This document shows, in pieces, positions 29,477-39,411 of a stretch of DNA of 64,000 bases. Source of the DNA: Desulfatiglandales bacterium (GTDB taxonomy: Bacteria; Desulfobacterota; DSM-4660; Desulfatiglandales; Desulfatiglandaceae); the NCBI GenBank assembly GCA_963666345.1, contig OY762721.1:1728001-1792000 (forward strand). The letters run 5' to 3'. Both the position numbers and the translations under genes were made by a program. Each line of letters starts with the position of its first letter. The stretch's first letter is position 1. Under the pieces are notes generated by a model that worked only from the letters and a program-made list of their open reading frames with translations, was not told the origin of the DNA and ran no database searches.

Positions 29477-30523
29477 TCAGGACTGCCCCGCACCCCTTCC
29501 GGACACACGGCCTTTCCCCTTTTTCTGATATTTCCGCACGGCCGTATTATGCTCCCTGAGGGTCCTTGAGAAATAATGGCTCCCGTTATTCCTGGATACG
29601 AAAAAGATAAAATCTGTTTCAGCAGGATACAGTACCGCCTTGATGGCATCTTTGCCCGGACTTGCTATAGGGGCGGGAGGCAGGCCCTTTATCATGTAGG
29701 TGTTATAAGGCCCCGGTCGGGACAGGTCTTTTCTGGTAAGGTTCCCGTTAAAATCCTTAATCCCGTATATGACCGTGGGATCGCTTTCAAGCCGCATGTT
29801 TTTCCTCAAGCGGTTTAAAAAAACGCTTGCGATAAGCGGGCGCTCTGCTGCCAGACCCGTCTCCTTTTCAACTATCGAGGCAAGTGTAACCACCTCGTTT
29901 ACGGTCATGCCCTTCTCAACGGCCCGGCTTCTAAGAGGCGTCATTACCTCCAGGAAACGTTCAAGCATGGCCTCAACTATCTTTTCCGCGGGGATTCCTT
30001 TGGCAAAATGATAGGTATCAGGGTAAAGATAACCCTCAAGCGTATCCGAGGCTATGCCGTGTCTTGCGGCCGTGCCTGCGGCATTGGCGGCTGCCAGGAA
30101 CTCATCTTTTCCGGCAAGGCCTGCCTTTTCCACTATCTGTGCGATCTGGACCATGGTAAGGCCTTCAGGTATGGTCACGGAGTGCATCCTTATCTCACCC
30201 CTGCTTAAGATCTCAAGAATCTTGGCTGGCGGCATGGAAGGACTCAGGCTGTATTCGCCCGACTTTATCTTCCTGCTCTTCCCTGTTATCCTTGCCCACA
30301 GAAGAAAGGGGCGCCGGTGGGAGATAATCCCGACCTCTTCAAGTCCCTGCGCGATCTCTTTCATGGACGCACCTACCGGCACCAGGTAAACCTGTCCGGC
30401 CCCGCTGCGATCGGCCGGTCTTACAAGGTAGATTCCAAGGCCTGCCGCAATAAAGATACAGATCAGGGCCGCAACAGCTGCCAGGAATAAGACACCTCTT
30501 TTTGAAAACCCCTTATTGTTCAT
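29477..30523 (-). CDS. mltG: Endolytic transglycosylase MltG
   Basis: N-terminal TM; TIPEG, LEGYLYPDTY, LASIVEKE, LESDPTVIYG, YNTY...GLPP. Confidence 0.95.
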   Translation of the reverse strand: MNNKGFSKRGVLFLAAVAALICIFIAAGLGIYLVRPADRSGAGQVYLVPVGASMKEIAQGLEEVGIISHRRPFLLWARITGKSRKIKSGEYSLSPSMPPAKILEILSRGEIRMHSVTIPEGLTMVQIAQIVEKAGLAGKDEFLAAANAAGTAARHGIASDTLEGYLYPDTYHFAKGIPAEKIVEAMLERFLEVMTPLRSRAVEKGMTVNEVVTLASIVEKETGLAAERPLIASVFLNRLRKNMRLESDPTVIYGIKDFNGNLTRKDLSRPGPYNTYMIKGLPPAPIASPGKDAIKAVLYPAETDFIFFVSRNNGSHYFSRTLREHNTAVRKYQKKGKGRVSGRGAGQS

Positions 30524-30578
30524 AGGCTCTCTTTCCGATTACCCGGATACTTGTGGATCACCTTTTAAAAAGACGGAC

Positions 30579-30618
30579 AAATCCCCGGCCGGCCGCTTGA
30601 AGGACAGGCAGGGGATTT
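30579..30618. terminator. Hairpin downstream of the VWA gene
   Basis: AAATCCCC...GGGGATTT inverted repeat; no clear U-tract. Confidence 0.4.
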
Positions 30619-30667
30619 CGATATTATCATTTTGGTTCGGGAACACACACGCGGATACTGTCTAATC

Positions 30668-31861
30668 CTATTTCTTTCCCATCATGTGGACTATCGCCTT
30701 TTCAAGCCCGTCGATGGTCAGCTCGAACATGGGAAAGATTTCGCGGATCATATTGATGGTGCGTGTATAGGGCCATTCCGCGGACATCCTGGGGTTGAGC
30801 CACACGGAATAGGGAAAGGTCTCGGCAATGAACCTGAGTCTTTCATAACTCGGTTTCAAGGACCTTTCTTCAAGATGTATGGACCCGTCCGTTGCCATAA
30901 GCTCATAGGGCGCCATGCTCGCATCCCCCAGGATAATGAAGCGGGTATCCTTGTCAAAGCGGACCAGATCGTCCACGCTCAAAGGTTTTCTGAACCTTGG
31001 CGGGTCTTCCCAGATCTTGTCGTATATGGTGTTGTGAAAGAAAAAGGTCCTTATCTCCTTGAACTGGGCCCTGGCATAGCTGAACAGGGTCTGGACCAGT
31101 TCGATATAGGGGTCCATGGACCATCCGCCGTTGTCTATGGCGAGAATGACCCTGAGCCTGTCCCTGAGACTTCTGTCAAATACTATCTCTATCTCACCGG
31201 CGTTCTTCATGGTCTGGTATATGGTCTCATCAATGTTGACCTCGTCCTTGGGACCCACCGGCACCATGTTTCTGAGCCTTTTCAAGGCCTCCCCGATCTG
31301 GGCCTGGGTAAGGGGGCCCTCCTGTGAGTAGTCCCGGTACCTCCTGTCCATGGCGACCTTTACGGCTGACTTGTTTCTTGACACTCCTCCCACGCGCATC
31401 CCGCCCGGGTGAAAGCCTGAGTGCCCCACAGGGGAAGTCCCCCCCGTGCCTATCCATTTGCTTCCGCCGTGATGCTCTTCTTTCTGCTCTTTTAACCGGT
31501 CGAGAAAATATTTGAGAAGCTCTTCCGGGCTCAGTTTGTTCAAGGAGTCCTCATCGATGTCCAGGGCGTCCGCCAGCCCCTCGGGATCCTTGAGCCATTC
31601 CTCAAGCATGGCACGGGCCACCTGGGAAAGCTCGAATTCATCCGGCTCCTTTAACTCCGCCCCCTTGAAGTGGTGCGCGAACACCTGATCGTACAGGTCG
31701 AAATACCTCTCGCTTTTGACAAGGATGGAGCGGGCGGCCGTGTAAAAGTCATCAAGAGAGGTTATCAACCCGATGCTCAAGGCCTTCTGAAGCTTGAGAA
31801 AAGAGGTGGGGGACACGGATATGCCCACCTGTCTCAGGAGGAAGAAAAAATCTATGAACAT
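30668..31861 (-). CDS. VWA-domain (CoxE-like) protein
   Basis: KWIGTGGTSPVGH, DNGGWSMDPY (MIDAS-like), FFFHN, GDASMAPYEL, WLNP. Confidence 0.85.
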   Translation of the reverse strand: MFIDFFFLLRQVGISVSPTSFLKLQKALSIGLITSLDDFYTAARSILVKSERYFDLYDQVFAHHFKGAELKEPDEFELSQVARAMLEEWLKDPEGLADALDIDEDSLNKLSPEELLKYFLDRLKEQKEEHHGGSKWIGTGGTSPVGHSGFHPGGMRVGGVSRNKSAVKVAMDRRYRDYSQEGPLTQAQIGEALKRLRNMVPVGPKDEVNIDETIYQTMKNAGEIEIVFDRSLRDRLRVILAIDNGGWSMDPYIELVQTLFSYARAQFKEIRTFFFHNTIYDKIWEDPPRFRKPLSVDDLVRFDKDTRFIILGDASMAPYELMATDGSIHLEERSLKPSYERLRFIAETFPYSVWLNPRMSAEWPYTRTINMIREIFPMFELTIDGLEKAIVHMMGKK

Positions 31862-31882
31862 ATTGTCTTATCTCAGCGGTTT

Positions 31883-32731
31883 CTAGATCCTCATTCTTGC
31901 CGCAGCGTTCCTCGCGATAGCCTGGTCAGGGCTCTTTTTAAACAGCACCCCGAGATAAGGCGCCTCCCCCTTTACAAGGTCTTTTACCTTGAAATCGGGG
32001 TCAGCCCTCAGTGCCCTTATCCAGTTTATGAGCTCTCTTGTGGCGGGCTTTTTTTCAAGTCCCCTGAAGTCCCGCATCCGGTAAAAGGCCCTTATGGAGC
32101 TTTCAAGCAGGTCACTGCTTATTTCGGGGAAATGCACATTTATTATCCTTCTCATCATCTCCTGATCGGGAAAAGCGATATGATGGAAATTACACCGCCC
32201 CAGAAACGGATCTGAAAGGTCCTTTTTGGCGTTGGAGGTGATAATTATCACAGGCCGGTTTTTGGCCTTGATCGTCTTGTCGATCTCTATGATATCAAAC
32301 TCCATCTGATCCAGCACATCAAGCATGTCATCCTGAAAATCCGTGTCCGCCTTGTCGATCTCATCTATCAGAAGCACGACCCGGTCATCTGACACAAAGG
32401 ACTGCCCGATCTTGCCCATCTTGATGTATTCCTCGATATTGCTCACATCCCTTGTTGAATCGCTGAACCGGCTGTCATTCAACCTGGTAAGGGTGTCGTA
32501 CTGGTACAGGGTCTCAACGAGTTTCATGCTCGATTTTACATTAAGCACGATGAGCCTCATATTGAGGGCCTCTGATATGGCATGGGCCAGCATTGTCTTT
32601 CCTGTGCCCGGCTCACCCTTGAGAAGCAGCGGCATCTCAAGGGCCATGGAGATGTTTACTATCCTTGCAAGTTCATCATCCAGCACATATCTGGACGCCC
32701 CGTTAAAGGTCTCCTTAGATGCATTATCCAT
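31883..32731 (-). CDS. MoxR-family AAA+ ATPase
   Basis: GEPGTGKT, LLIDEIDKAD, ITSN, KKPATREL. Confidence 0.92.
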   Translation of the reverse strand: MDNASKETFNGASRYVLDDELARIVNISMALEMPLLLKGEPGTGKTMLAHAISEALNMRLIVLNVKSSMKLVETLYQYDTLTRLNDSRFSDSTRDVSNIEEYIKMGKIGQSFVSDDRVVLLIDEIDKADTDFQDDMLDVLDQMEFDIIEIDKTIKAKNRPVIIITSNAKKDLSDPFLGRCNFHHIAFPDQEMMRRIINVHFPEISSDLLESSIRAFYRMRDFRGLEKKPATRELINWIRALRADPDFKVKDLVKGEAPYLGVLFKKSPDQAIARNAAARMRI

Positions 32732-32884
32732 ACTGATTCATGCTCCTTTTTCCGCTTATGCAGTCCTGTTTTAAAAGCCATTTATCTATCACGATGCTGT
32801 CTGAAGGAAATTTACCATAAATGATTGCGGCTTTCATGTCAAACAAGGGCGAGAAAAGCTCAAAAACCGGGAACCCGCCCCGAG

Positions 32885-33500
32885 CCGCACGGACGCGCAT
32901 TGTTATTGGTTACTCGTTACTGGTTATTGGGAAAAACGCACCCACAGGCCCATTTCTATATACCTCTGCCTGTGCCGGCACACAAGCGGAGGCGCAGGGA
33001 CTCTTTTTCCGGCCTTATCTCATCAAAAATACCACAGAAAGTACCAGTGGCCGCAGACAGGGCTTTCTTAACCGGTGCCCTATCAGCTAAGGTAACATTT
33101 GCAAAAGCCCGGGGATGCGGTCACTTTTCCGTAAGAAATAGAGAAGGACGGGTAAAAGGGTGCCTGTGCCGTAGCGACAGCCAGCCGGACGCGGATCGTT
33201 ACTCGTTACTGGTTCTTCGTTACTGGTTACTGGTTACTGGTTGCTGGGGAAAAAGCAAGACCCCTGCCCATTCTCTCATGCCTTTGTTTGCTCAACGCAC
33301 AAGCGGAGGCGCAGGGGCTCTTTTTTCCGGCCTTATCTCATCAAGAATACCACAGAAAGTACCAGTGGCCGCAGACAGGGCTTTCTTAACCGGTGCCCTA
33401 TCAGCTAAGGTAACATTTGCAAAAGCCCGGGGATGCGGTCACTTTTCCGTAACAAATAGAGAAGGACGGGTAAAAGGGTGCCTGTGCCGTAGCGACAGCC
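32885..33500. repeat. Tandem duplication with period about 318 bp; each unit is a GTTA(C/T)TG heptamer tract plus a ~200-bp near-identical core
   Basis: 32981-33182 vs 33298-33500 differ at about 4 positions by eye; heptamer tracts near 32902 and 33198. Confidence 0.9.
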
Positions 33501-33572
33501 GGATAGACGGGAATGGTTATAACCAGGCGAGAAAAGCGGGAAACGCGGAAAATGCGAGAAGCACCTCCCCCG

Positions 33573-33636
33573 CTTGAACCCTTGGATCCTCGAATCCTTG
33601 ACCCCTCCGATCCCCGCCCCCTTGAACCCTTCCCCT
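33573..33636. repeat. CTTGAACC/CTTGGATC octamer tract (family A-type repeats without termini)
   Basis: CTTGAACCCTTGGATCCTCGAATCCTTGACCCC...CTTGAACCC. Confidence 0.6.
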
Positions 33637-33687
33637 GATAAATGCTATAAGCCCCCATAAACCCATAACCTTTCCAGGAGGTGCTTC

Positions 33688-34275
33688 ATGCCGCTCGCCT
33701 TTGAATCGATAAGCCACGGAACCATTGCCTTCGGTTTTTTCAATATAGACTCGGACATGCTTCTGCTGGATCGCTACTTTTTCTTTGCCCCTGAATTCTG
33801 CCGCTCCGTATCTGCCTTAAACAGGAACAAGGAGGCAGGGAGCCCGGTCCTGATAAAGGGCTTTTTTATTGAAAAGGCCGCGGATATCGGCGACCTCATG
33901 GGGGCCATTCACGGCGTAAGATTCGCCGGGTTTATAGGGGAGGCCTACAAAAGGTTCCCCTTTCCTGAAAGGCCGGAGGATTTCAAACAGAAGCCTGAAG
34001 GCGCTCGGAACAGGCAGGTCATGGAAGAGATTATAAAAAGGTATTCAGACCAGCTCGACATACCGCTTTCGGCAGGGGATGAAGAAACCGCGCGTATTAT
34101 ATCGGCAGGCATCTACAGGTTCACGAAACAGCAGTTTCAGGAGTTGCTGAGATACGTCTGGCGCGGAGGCTACCCTCGCTGGAAGGGGGGAGTCAGGCCC
34201 GATTACGTGACCGGCATGAAAAAGGATCTTGATTCATCTGACGCGGGGTTATTTACGGTAACCGACTGGGGTTGA
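33688..34275 (+). CDS. Hypothetical protein
   Basis: 195 aa ORF with AGGAGGT RBS; protein-like composition (AFGFFNI, DLMGAIHG, YVWRGGYPRW). Confidence 0.8.
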   Translation: MPLAFESISHGTIAFGFFNIDSDMLLLDRYFFFAPEFCRSVSALNRNKEAGSPVLIKGFFIEKAADIGDLMGAIHGVRFAGFIGEAYKRFPFPERPEDFKQKPEGARNRQVMEEIIKRYSDQLDIPLSAGDEETARIISAGIYRFTKQQFQELLRYVWRGGYPRWKGGVRPDYVTGMKKDLDSSDAGLFTVTDWG

Positions 34276-34315
34276 TCTTTTTTGAGGGTATCACCGCCTG
34301 AAGGCTTAATAGATG

Positions 34316-34582
34316 CTAGTTGAGGATAAAGCCGAGTGAGAATTCCTCCCATTCATAATCGTCATCTTCAAAATCAGTGCTGTCATCGACATATAAAATC
34401 TTGCCGAAATACTCTTCCTTTACCTCGAATTCGCCGTCATCGGAAGGCTCGAGAAGAACGCCGCAGCAGTCCGGGCATGCCGGTCCGTGAATCTCTTCTC
34501 CCTCGAAAAAACATGGAATCCAGTCGCTTTCAAGCGCCTCGACAACAGATTCGATTTCCACACCGCATATTACACATTTCAT
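34316..34582 (-). CDS. Small acidic protein with CxxC...CxxC (putative Zn-binding)
   Basis: MKCVICG...GPACPDCC; very acidic C-terminus. Confidence 0.7.
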   Translation of the reverse strand: MKCVICGVEIESVVEALESDWIPCFFEGEEIHGPACPDCCGVLLEPSDDGEFEVKEEYFGKILYVDDSTDFEDDDYEWEEFSLGFILN

Positions 34583-34797
34583 ATATTATTATTCCCCTAG
34601 ATTTGCTTTGTAGGTAATACGGGAAAAACATCAACAAGACAAGAAGAAAATAACGCGGCGGATAGAGAAATCAACCTCCGGACATAGATAAAAATCGGTA
34701 ATGGACGGGCACCCCAAAATCTGACCGGATAAAAGAAGCGGCAGCAGGCGGAAAAACCACGCCTGCCGCCGCATGAATAAAGATAAATCATACCCGC

Positions 34798-34950
34798 TGC
34801 CCATCCGGAAATGGATCATTTCCGGATGTTGCCTTCAGCCGTCAGCCATCAGCCACTAGCCAACAAATTGATATATCAAGCGTTTTACTGACTGCTGAGA
34901 GCTGATTGCTGATAGCGTGAGTCCATAAATCTTGATTTATGGATGAGCAC
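34798..34950. mobile_element. MITE-like element, family B (TCAGC repeats; TCCATAAATC-NN-GATTTATGGA palindrome)
   Basis: Ends GCCCATCCGGAAAT...ATTTATGGATGAGCAC; related copies at 42538 and 49434. Confidence 0.75.
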
Positions 34951-34955
34951 CAATA

Positions 34956-35099
34956 AGTTTCCGGACCGGAAACAAGGAGTTTTGGCCAAGATCAAGGAAA
35001 TCAAGCAATTGCGCGGAGATGTGCATATGGTACATCGCACAAGCAATTGCGCAGGTTGACGCAGATATTGGCCAAAAGGGCCATTTCCGGATGGAAACT
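34956..35099. mobile_element. MITE-like palindromic element, family C
   Basis: AGTTTCC...GGAAACT termini; internal TTTTGGCCAA/TTGGCCAAAA inverted pair and GCAATTGCGC twice; one end shares CATCCGGAAATGG with family B. Confidence 0.7.
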
Positions 35100-35101
35100 A
35101 T

Positions 35102-35626
35102 TTACAGGTTCTTCTTCTCAAACACATAAAAAAGAACCATGTATATCACCCCCACAGGTATAATCACCACCCAGGCATTTAACCCCAGGATGCCGGGAAG
35201 GGTTATCTTGCCCAAACTCCCCCACTTAAGTATGGATACCTTCATCAGAGGGTAGATCTCGGCATAGAGCGCGGCCCCGACGATCATTCCCAAAAGGCCG
35301 AAAACTGCGTCCCACCTGCCCTCTCCCAGTGCCCCCGCGGCGGTCCCCGGGCAGTATCCGAGGATGGCCCAGCCGATCCCGAAGATTATTCCGCCGATGA
35401 CATTGGCGCCTATGCCGGTGGATTTAATACTGAGGGTCACGACCCCTATGTCTCTCAGCACATACACACCCAGCATGGCCACGAGAATGGCCGAGAGCAT
35501 GAATTTTACTATCGTGAAATCGATAAGCCTTAAGGCACCGAGCTGCCTGTCATACCTTAGGACCTGCCCTTTTTGCAGAAGAAAGCCGAATATGACGCCT
35601 GTAACCAGGCCGTAGATCAGTTGCAT
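35102..35626 (-). CDS. YeeE/YedE family sulfur-compound transporter component
   Basis: G..FGFLLQKG, GG.IFGIGWAILGYCPGT; start MQLIYG with AAGGAG RBS. Confidence 0.88.
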   Translation of the reverse strand: MQLIYGLVTGVIFGFLLQKGQVLRYDRQLGALRLIDFTIVKFMLSAILVAMLGVYVLRDIGVVTLSIKSTGIGANVIGGIIFGIGWAILGYCPGTAAGALGEGRWDAVFGLLGMIVGAALYAEIYPLMKVSILKWGSLGKITLPGILGLNAWVVIIPVGVIYMVLFYVFEKKNL

Positions 35627-35628
35627 GG

Positions 35629-36147
35629 CTATTCTCCTTTCCCGTAGATGAGCCGGGCCACTATAATACCCGCTCCGAAAAAGAAGATCAGCGACAGGTA
35701 CCCGCTGATCGACATCTGCGCAAGCCCGCTCAGGCCGTGCCCGCTGGGACAACCTCCGGCAAGCCTTGCGCCAAGGATGGCTATGACACCTCCGGCAAAG
35801 GCGGCTGTGAACCTCTTTGACCTTTTTGCGCCGAAGCGCTTCTCCCACATTGGAGGCACCGCAGTTGACTTGAAATCCCCCGAGAGCTTTGAGGACCAGA
35901 GCGCCCCCAGGACGATCCCTACCACCAGCATCATCTGCCAGTCTATCCTCACCTTTTTGCTCGCGAAATATTTATTCCCGGCAACGTGCTCTGCGGCAAC
36001 ACTCCTCTCTATCAGCCCCGCCGCCCTCACAAATGTCGTTGAGGCACCCAGGTACTTACCCACAAAAAGCACGGAAAGGCATAGCAGGAGACCTGTCAGG
36101 GCACCCGCCGCGTAAGGAGACCAGCTCTTTCGTCTGAAAACCCCCAT
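35629..36147 (-). CDS. YeeE/YedE family sulfur-compound transporter component
   Basis: WSPYAAG, LGASTT, GARLAGGCPSGHGLSG. Confidence 0.88.
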   Translation of the reverse strand: MGVFRRKSWSPYAAGALTGLLLCLSVLFVGKYLGASTTFVRAAGLIERSVAAEHVAGNKYFASKKVRIDWQMMLVVGIVLGALWSSKLSGDFKSTAVPPMWEKRFGAKRSKRFTAAFAGGVIAILGARLAGGCPSGHGLSGLAQMSISGYLSLIFFFGAGIIVARLIYGKGE

Positions 36148-36272
36148 TTAGAACCTCCTTTCAACATGATGAAAATTAGACCCTTTTAATTCATAAATTA
36201 ATACTTCGCGTAAGAATACCACTATCCGCTTAAATAGACAACAGGCAGGGGATCCGGTTTTTGTCCGGTTTG

Positions 36273-36425
36273 ATTGCTCATGAATATGAAGCGATGCAGG
36301 ACAGACTTGAACTTCTAACAGATGTTCAGTTATCCCTTAATCAGCTCGAAAACGGGGAAGGAATGGCGCATGAAGATGCAAAAGAAAGGGTCTTGAAGCG
36401 GGTCAAAAAGAAGATTGAGGAATGA
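36273..36425 (+). pseudogene. C-terminal remnant of a Phd/YefM-type antitoxin
   Basis: Manual translation IAHEYEAMQDRLELLTDVQLSLNQLENGEGMAHEDAKERVLKRVKKKIEE*; in-frame TAA upstream at 36231, no N-terminal DNA-binding part, no toxin gene. Confidence 0.55.
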
Positions 36426-36450
36426 AGTATACTCCGAGGCGGGACGGTTG

Positions 36451-36469
36451 GACTTTTTACGAGACCGTT
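36451..36469. repeat. Solo terminus of a family D element
   Basis: GACTTTTTACGAGACCGTT resembles the ends of the element at 42360-42529. Confidence 0.55.
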
Positions 36470-36555
36470 AAATTTTCGTTCATCGCTGCTTCTAATGTAT
36501 ATTTTAATGTACTTTAAATAAACATTTGTATTAAATTGGTTATAGAAATCTTTTA

Positions 36556-36730
36556 TGCTTGACATAACACCCTGTTTCGTTAAGGTACTTCACATATCAT
36601 CGCTTCAAACAGCCTTCTTTTCCAAAAAGGCGCACTGACCATTACACTTCACCTGGAAATCGACCTCTCCTCCTGACAGAAGCTATCTTCTCCGTTTGAA
36701 GCGCTTGCAGTGATTCATATATTTTCAGAT
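36556..36730 (+). promoter_or_regulatory. Promoter plus structured leader, copy A (homologous to 43032-43212)
   Basis: TTGACA-N16-TAAGGT; GCTTCAAACAGCCTTCTTTT, TCCTGAC.GAAG and ATATTTTCAGA shared with copy B. Confidence 0.6.
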
Positions 36731-36904
36731 ATCTGTTTTTGCTCCCAGGCTGACCGGGAAATCAAACGGGCTTTCAGCCTCTTTCCTGCTCACATAGACA
36801 CCTAACTATTGTTGACGAAAAGACAGGACACCTTAAACGGATATATCTCGCTACGCCACCTTCTACCCGTAAACACGCCCTATCGCAGAAAGGAACATTC
36901 TAAA

Positions 36905-38239
36905 ATGGAAAAAAGCCTGTTTTTGCCTCTTAAAAAGGAAAACCTTACCACCCTGGGGATTTATCATAATTTCAAGAATGGACTGGTCGCCTTTCGGGCC
37001 GCAAGGGAGTGGGACAAGCAGACAGACTGGTCCCGATACAACAGGGATTTTACCTTTGAACACCCGCTTACCATTGATACCGCCTTTCTCGGTCACAATG
37101 AAACCCTGGACCTGTTCAAGAAACACGACCTTGAAGACTACCTGGAAGAGGTGGTGGAGCTGATCAGGAAAGGGAAACACCAGGGCATCGAATGCCTTTT
37201 TGACCGGGATCAGGACATACACTTTATAAGCAACATGCACAGCAACACACTGGGCATCAATAACGGCTATCATGCCGTCAGAAGCGGCGGGATCAGGCGT
37301 CACGATCCGGCCGGCCGCGAACTTGACGTAATCATAGACGGACTCAATCTGAGCCGGGCCATGTCCTTTAAAAATGCCGGCGCCCGGATTCCTTTCGGAG
37401 GAAGCAAGATAACGGTCCAGTGTGAACCTGTTGACCTGGAAGATAACCGCTGCATCGGTTTTCTCGCATACGCCCTGGCAAGGACCCGCTCTTTTACCGG
37501 TCCCGACATGGGCTTTTCGCCTCAACTGGCCGATGTCATGAGAAGCAGGGGATATTCGCTCAATATTGCGGGCGGCTTTGACAGCAGGGTCGGCCCTACC
37601 GGAGGCCCCACCGCCTACGGCATCTATCTGGCATTAAAGGAGGCTGCGGCATTTAAGTATGGAGCAGGCGGCCTGGCAGGTAAAACCATCGTGGTGCAGG
37701 GCGTGGGAGCCGTCGGCTATCCCCTGGTGGACGAGTATCTCAGCAAAGAGGATGTCGTAATCCATATCACCGACATTTCACAAGATCCGGTGGAAAAGCT
37801 TACGGCCCGATTTCCTGACCGTGTAAAAAAGATAGACCCGGAAGATGTGCTCACCACTGAAGCGGACATCTTTGCCCCCTGCGCAATGGGGGGCATCCTG
37901 GATGAGGCGGCAATCAGCTCGGTCAGGTTTTCGATTATACTGGGGGCCGCCAACAACCAGCTCAAGGCCTCAAGCCAGGAAGAAGAGGTGAAACTCGCAA
38001 GGCTCCTTCAGGAGAAGGGGATTCTTTTTCAGGTGGACTGGATGCACAATACAGGCGGGGTCATTGCGGGGATGGAAGAATATATACACAGGGAAAAGGC
38101 CAGCATGGAAAATATCAGGGACCATACCGAAAAGGTCTGCAGGCACGGAACCCGCAGGAATCTTGAAACCGCAAAGGCGGAAGGGATCACCCCCACGGAG
38201 ATGGCCTACAGATACTACAGTTCGAAGATCTATCAATAA
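36905..38239 (+). CDS. Leu/Phe/Val(/Trp) amino-acid dehydrogenase family protein with N-terminal extension
   Basis: GGIRR, LSRAMSFKNA, GGSK, TGPDMG, PTAYG, QGVGAVG, APCAMG, GAANNQL; start MEKSL inferred. Confidence 0.88.
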   Translation: MEKSLFLPLKKENLTTLGIYHNFKNGLVAFRAAREWDKQTDWSRYNRDFTFEHPLTIDTAFLGHNETLDLFKKHDLEDYLEEVVELIRKGKHQGIECLFDRDQDIHFISNMHSNTLGINNGYHAVRSGGIRRHDPAGRELDVIIDGLNLSRAMSFKNAGARIPFGGSKITVQCEPVDLEDNRCIGFLAYALARTRSFTGPDMGFSPQLADVMRSRGYSLNIAGGFDSRVGPTGGPTAYGIYLALKEAAAFKYGAGGLAGKTIVVQGVGAVGYPLVDEYLSKEDVVIHITDISQDPVEKLTARFPDRVKKIDPEDVLTTEADIFAPCAMGGILDEAAISSVRFSIILGAANNQLKASSQEEEVKLARLLQEKGILFQVDWMHNTGGVIAGMEEYIHREKASMENIRDHTEKVCRHGTRRNLETAKAEGITPTEMAYRYYSSKIYQ

Positions 38240-38411
38240 CGTGTCTGTATGACATGCGGCTGCCGGGTGCCGGCCGCTCTATCATGTAATGAGGGGAAGG
38301 GAATGGTTTTGTGAACTTATGCCCATCTGAAAATGAATTCTGGGCACAAGTTATTTTCCAGACCGGAATGGATGGAAACAAATAAACCCTATGGAAAAAG
38401 GAGGTAACATC

Positions 38412-39407
38412 ATGAAAAGGATAACATTTTTGCTGATGCTTTTATTGGCCCTGGGACTTGTTTTCGGTTCCACGCTTTCAGCCAAGATGATTCGAATCGG
38501 TGAGGCGCAGATTGTGGCCCATCCGGCCCTTGACAACGATTCCAAAGGGTTTGCGGCGGCCCTTGCCGAAGAAGGCTTCATAGAGGGCGAAAACATCACC
38601 ATCGACCGGCAGAACGCACAGGGCGACCAGCCCACCTGCGCGATTATAGCCAGAAAATTCGAAGACGACAGGGTTGCTCTGGTTCACGCCATCAGCACGC
38701 CCAATGCCCAGGCCCAGGTAAAGATAAGCAAGACCATACCGATTGTGTTTTCTTCGGTTACAGACCCTGTGAAGACAGGCATCGTACCCAAAATGGGCGA
38801 AACCGGAACCACAGTAACAGGTGTAAGCGACAGGTGGCCCATCACCCTGCAGTGCAGTATGTACCAGGATCTGGTTCCGGGAACCAAAAGATGGGGCACG
38901 ATCTATAACCCGGGGGACGTAAATGTCACCTTTCACATCAAGGAGATGAAAAAGGCGGTAGAGGATATGGGCGGAAAGCTTATCGAGGCGCATGTCTCCA
39001 CCAGCGCCGAAGTAATGCAGGCCATGCAGAGCCTGGTCGGCCGGGTGGACGCCATCCATATCACCTCGGACAACACATGTGTTTCCGCGTTTGAATCCAT
39101 TGTCAAGGTCTGCAACGCAAACGATATCGCCCTGTTTGCGGGTGACCGGGACTCCACCCCCAGGGGAGCGGTTGCAGCCTACGGACCCGACTACTTTCTG
39201 ATCGGATACACTGCCGGCAAAAAGGCGGCAAGGATACTAAAAGGCGAAGATCCGGGCAAGATCCCTGCCGGACTTGCATCGGAATACAGTCTCTGGGTCA
39301 GTCTTCAAAATGCCAAGGCACAGGGAGTAAAGCTCCCCGAAACACTGGTAAAAAAGGCGGCGGACAAGTTGTGGGATGAAAACGGAAACGTGATAAAGGG
39401 TAAGTAA
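38412..39407 (+). CDS. ABC substrate-binding protein, COG2984 (putative Trp/Tyr uptake)
   Basis: QIVAHPALD, QNAQGD, STPNAQ, PIVFSSVTDPV, VTGVSD, SDNT. Confidence 0.9.
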   Translation: MKRITFLLMLLLALGLVFGSTLSAKMIRIGEAQIVAHPALDNDSKGFAAALAEEGFIEGENITIDRQNAQGDQPTCAIIARKFEDDRVALVHAISTPNAQAQVKISKTIPIVFSSVTDPVKTGIVPKMGETGTTVTGVSDRWPITLQCSMYQDLVPGTKRWGTIYNPGDVNVTFHIKEMKKAVEDMGGKLIEAHVSTSAEVMQAMQSLVGRVDAIHITSDNTCVSAFESIVKVCNANDIALFAGDRDSTPRGAVAAYGPDYFLIGYTAGKKAARILKGEDPGKIPAGLASEYSLWVSLQNAKAQGVKLPETLVKKAADKLWDENGNVIKGK

Positions 39408-39411
39408 ATAT

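Noticed and set aside
32825..33577. 250-aa ORF spanning the tandem repeat
   Set aside because: No RBS or recognisable domain; it probably stays open because the repeat period (318) is a multiple of 3
34597..34819. Short ORFs of 62-64 aa
   Set aside because: No RBS or motif; one overlaps a mini-element end
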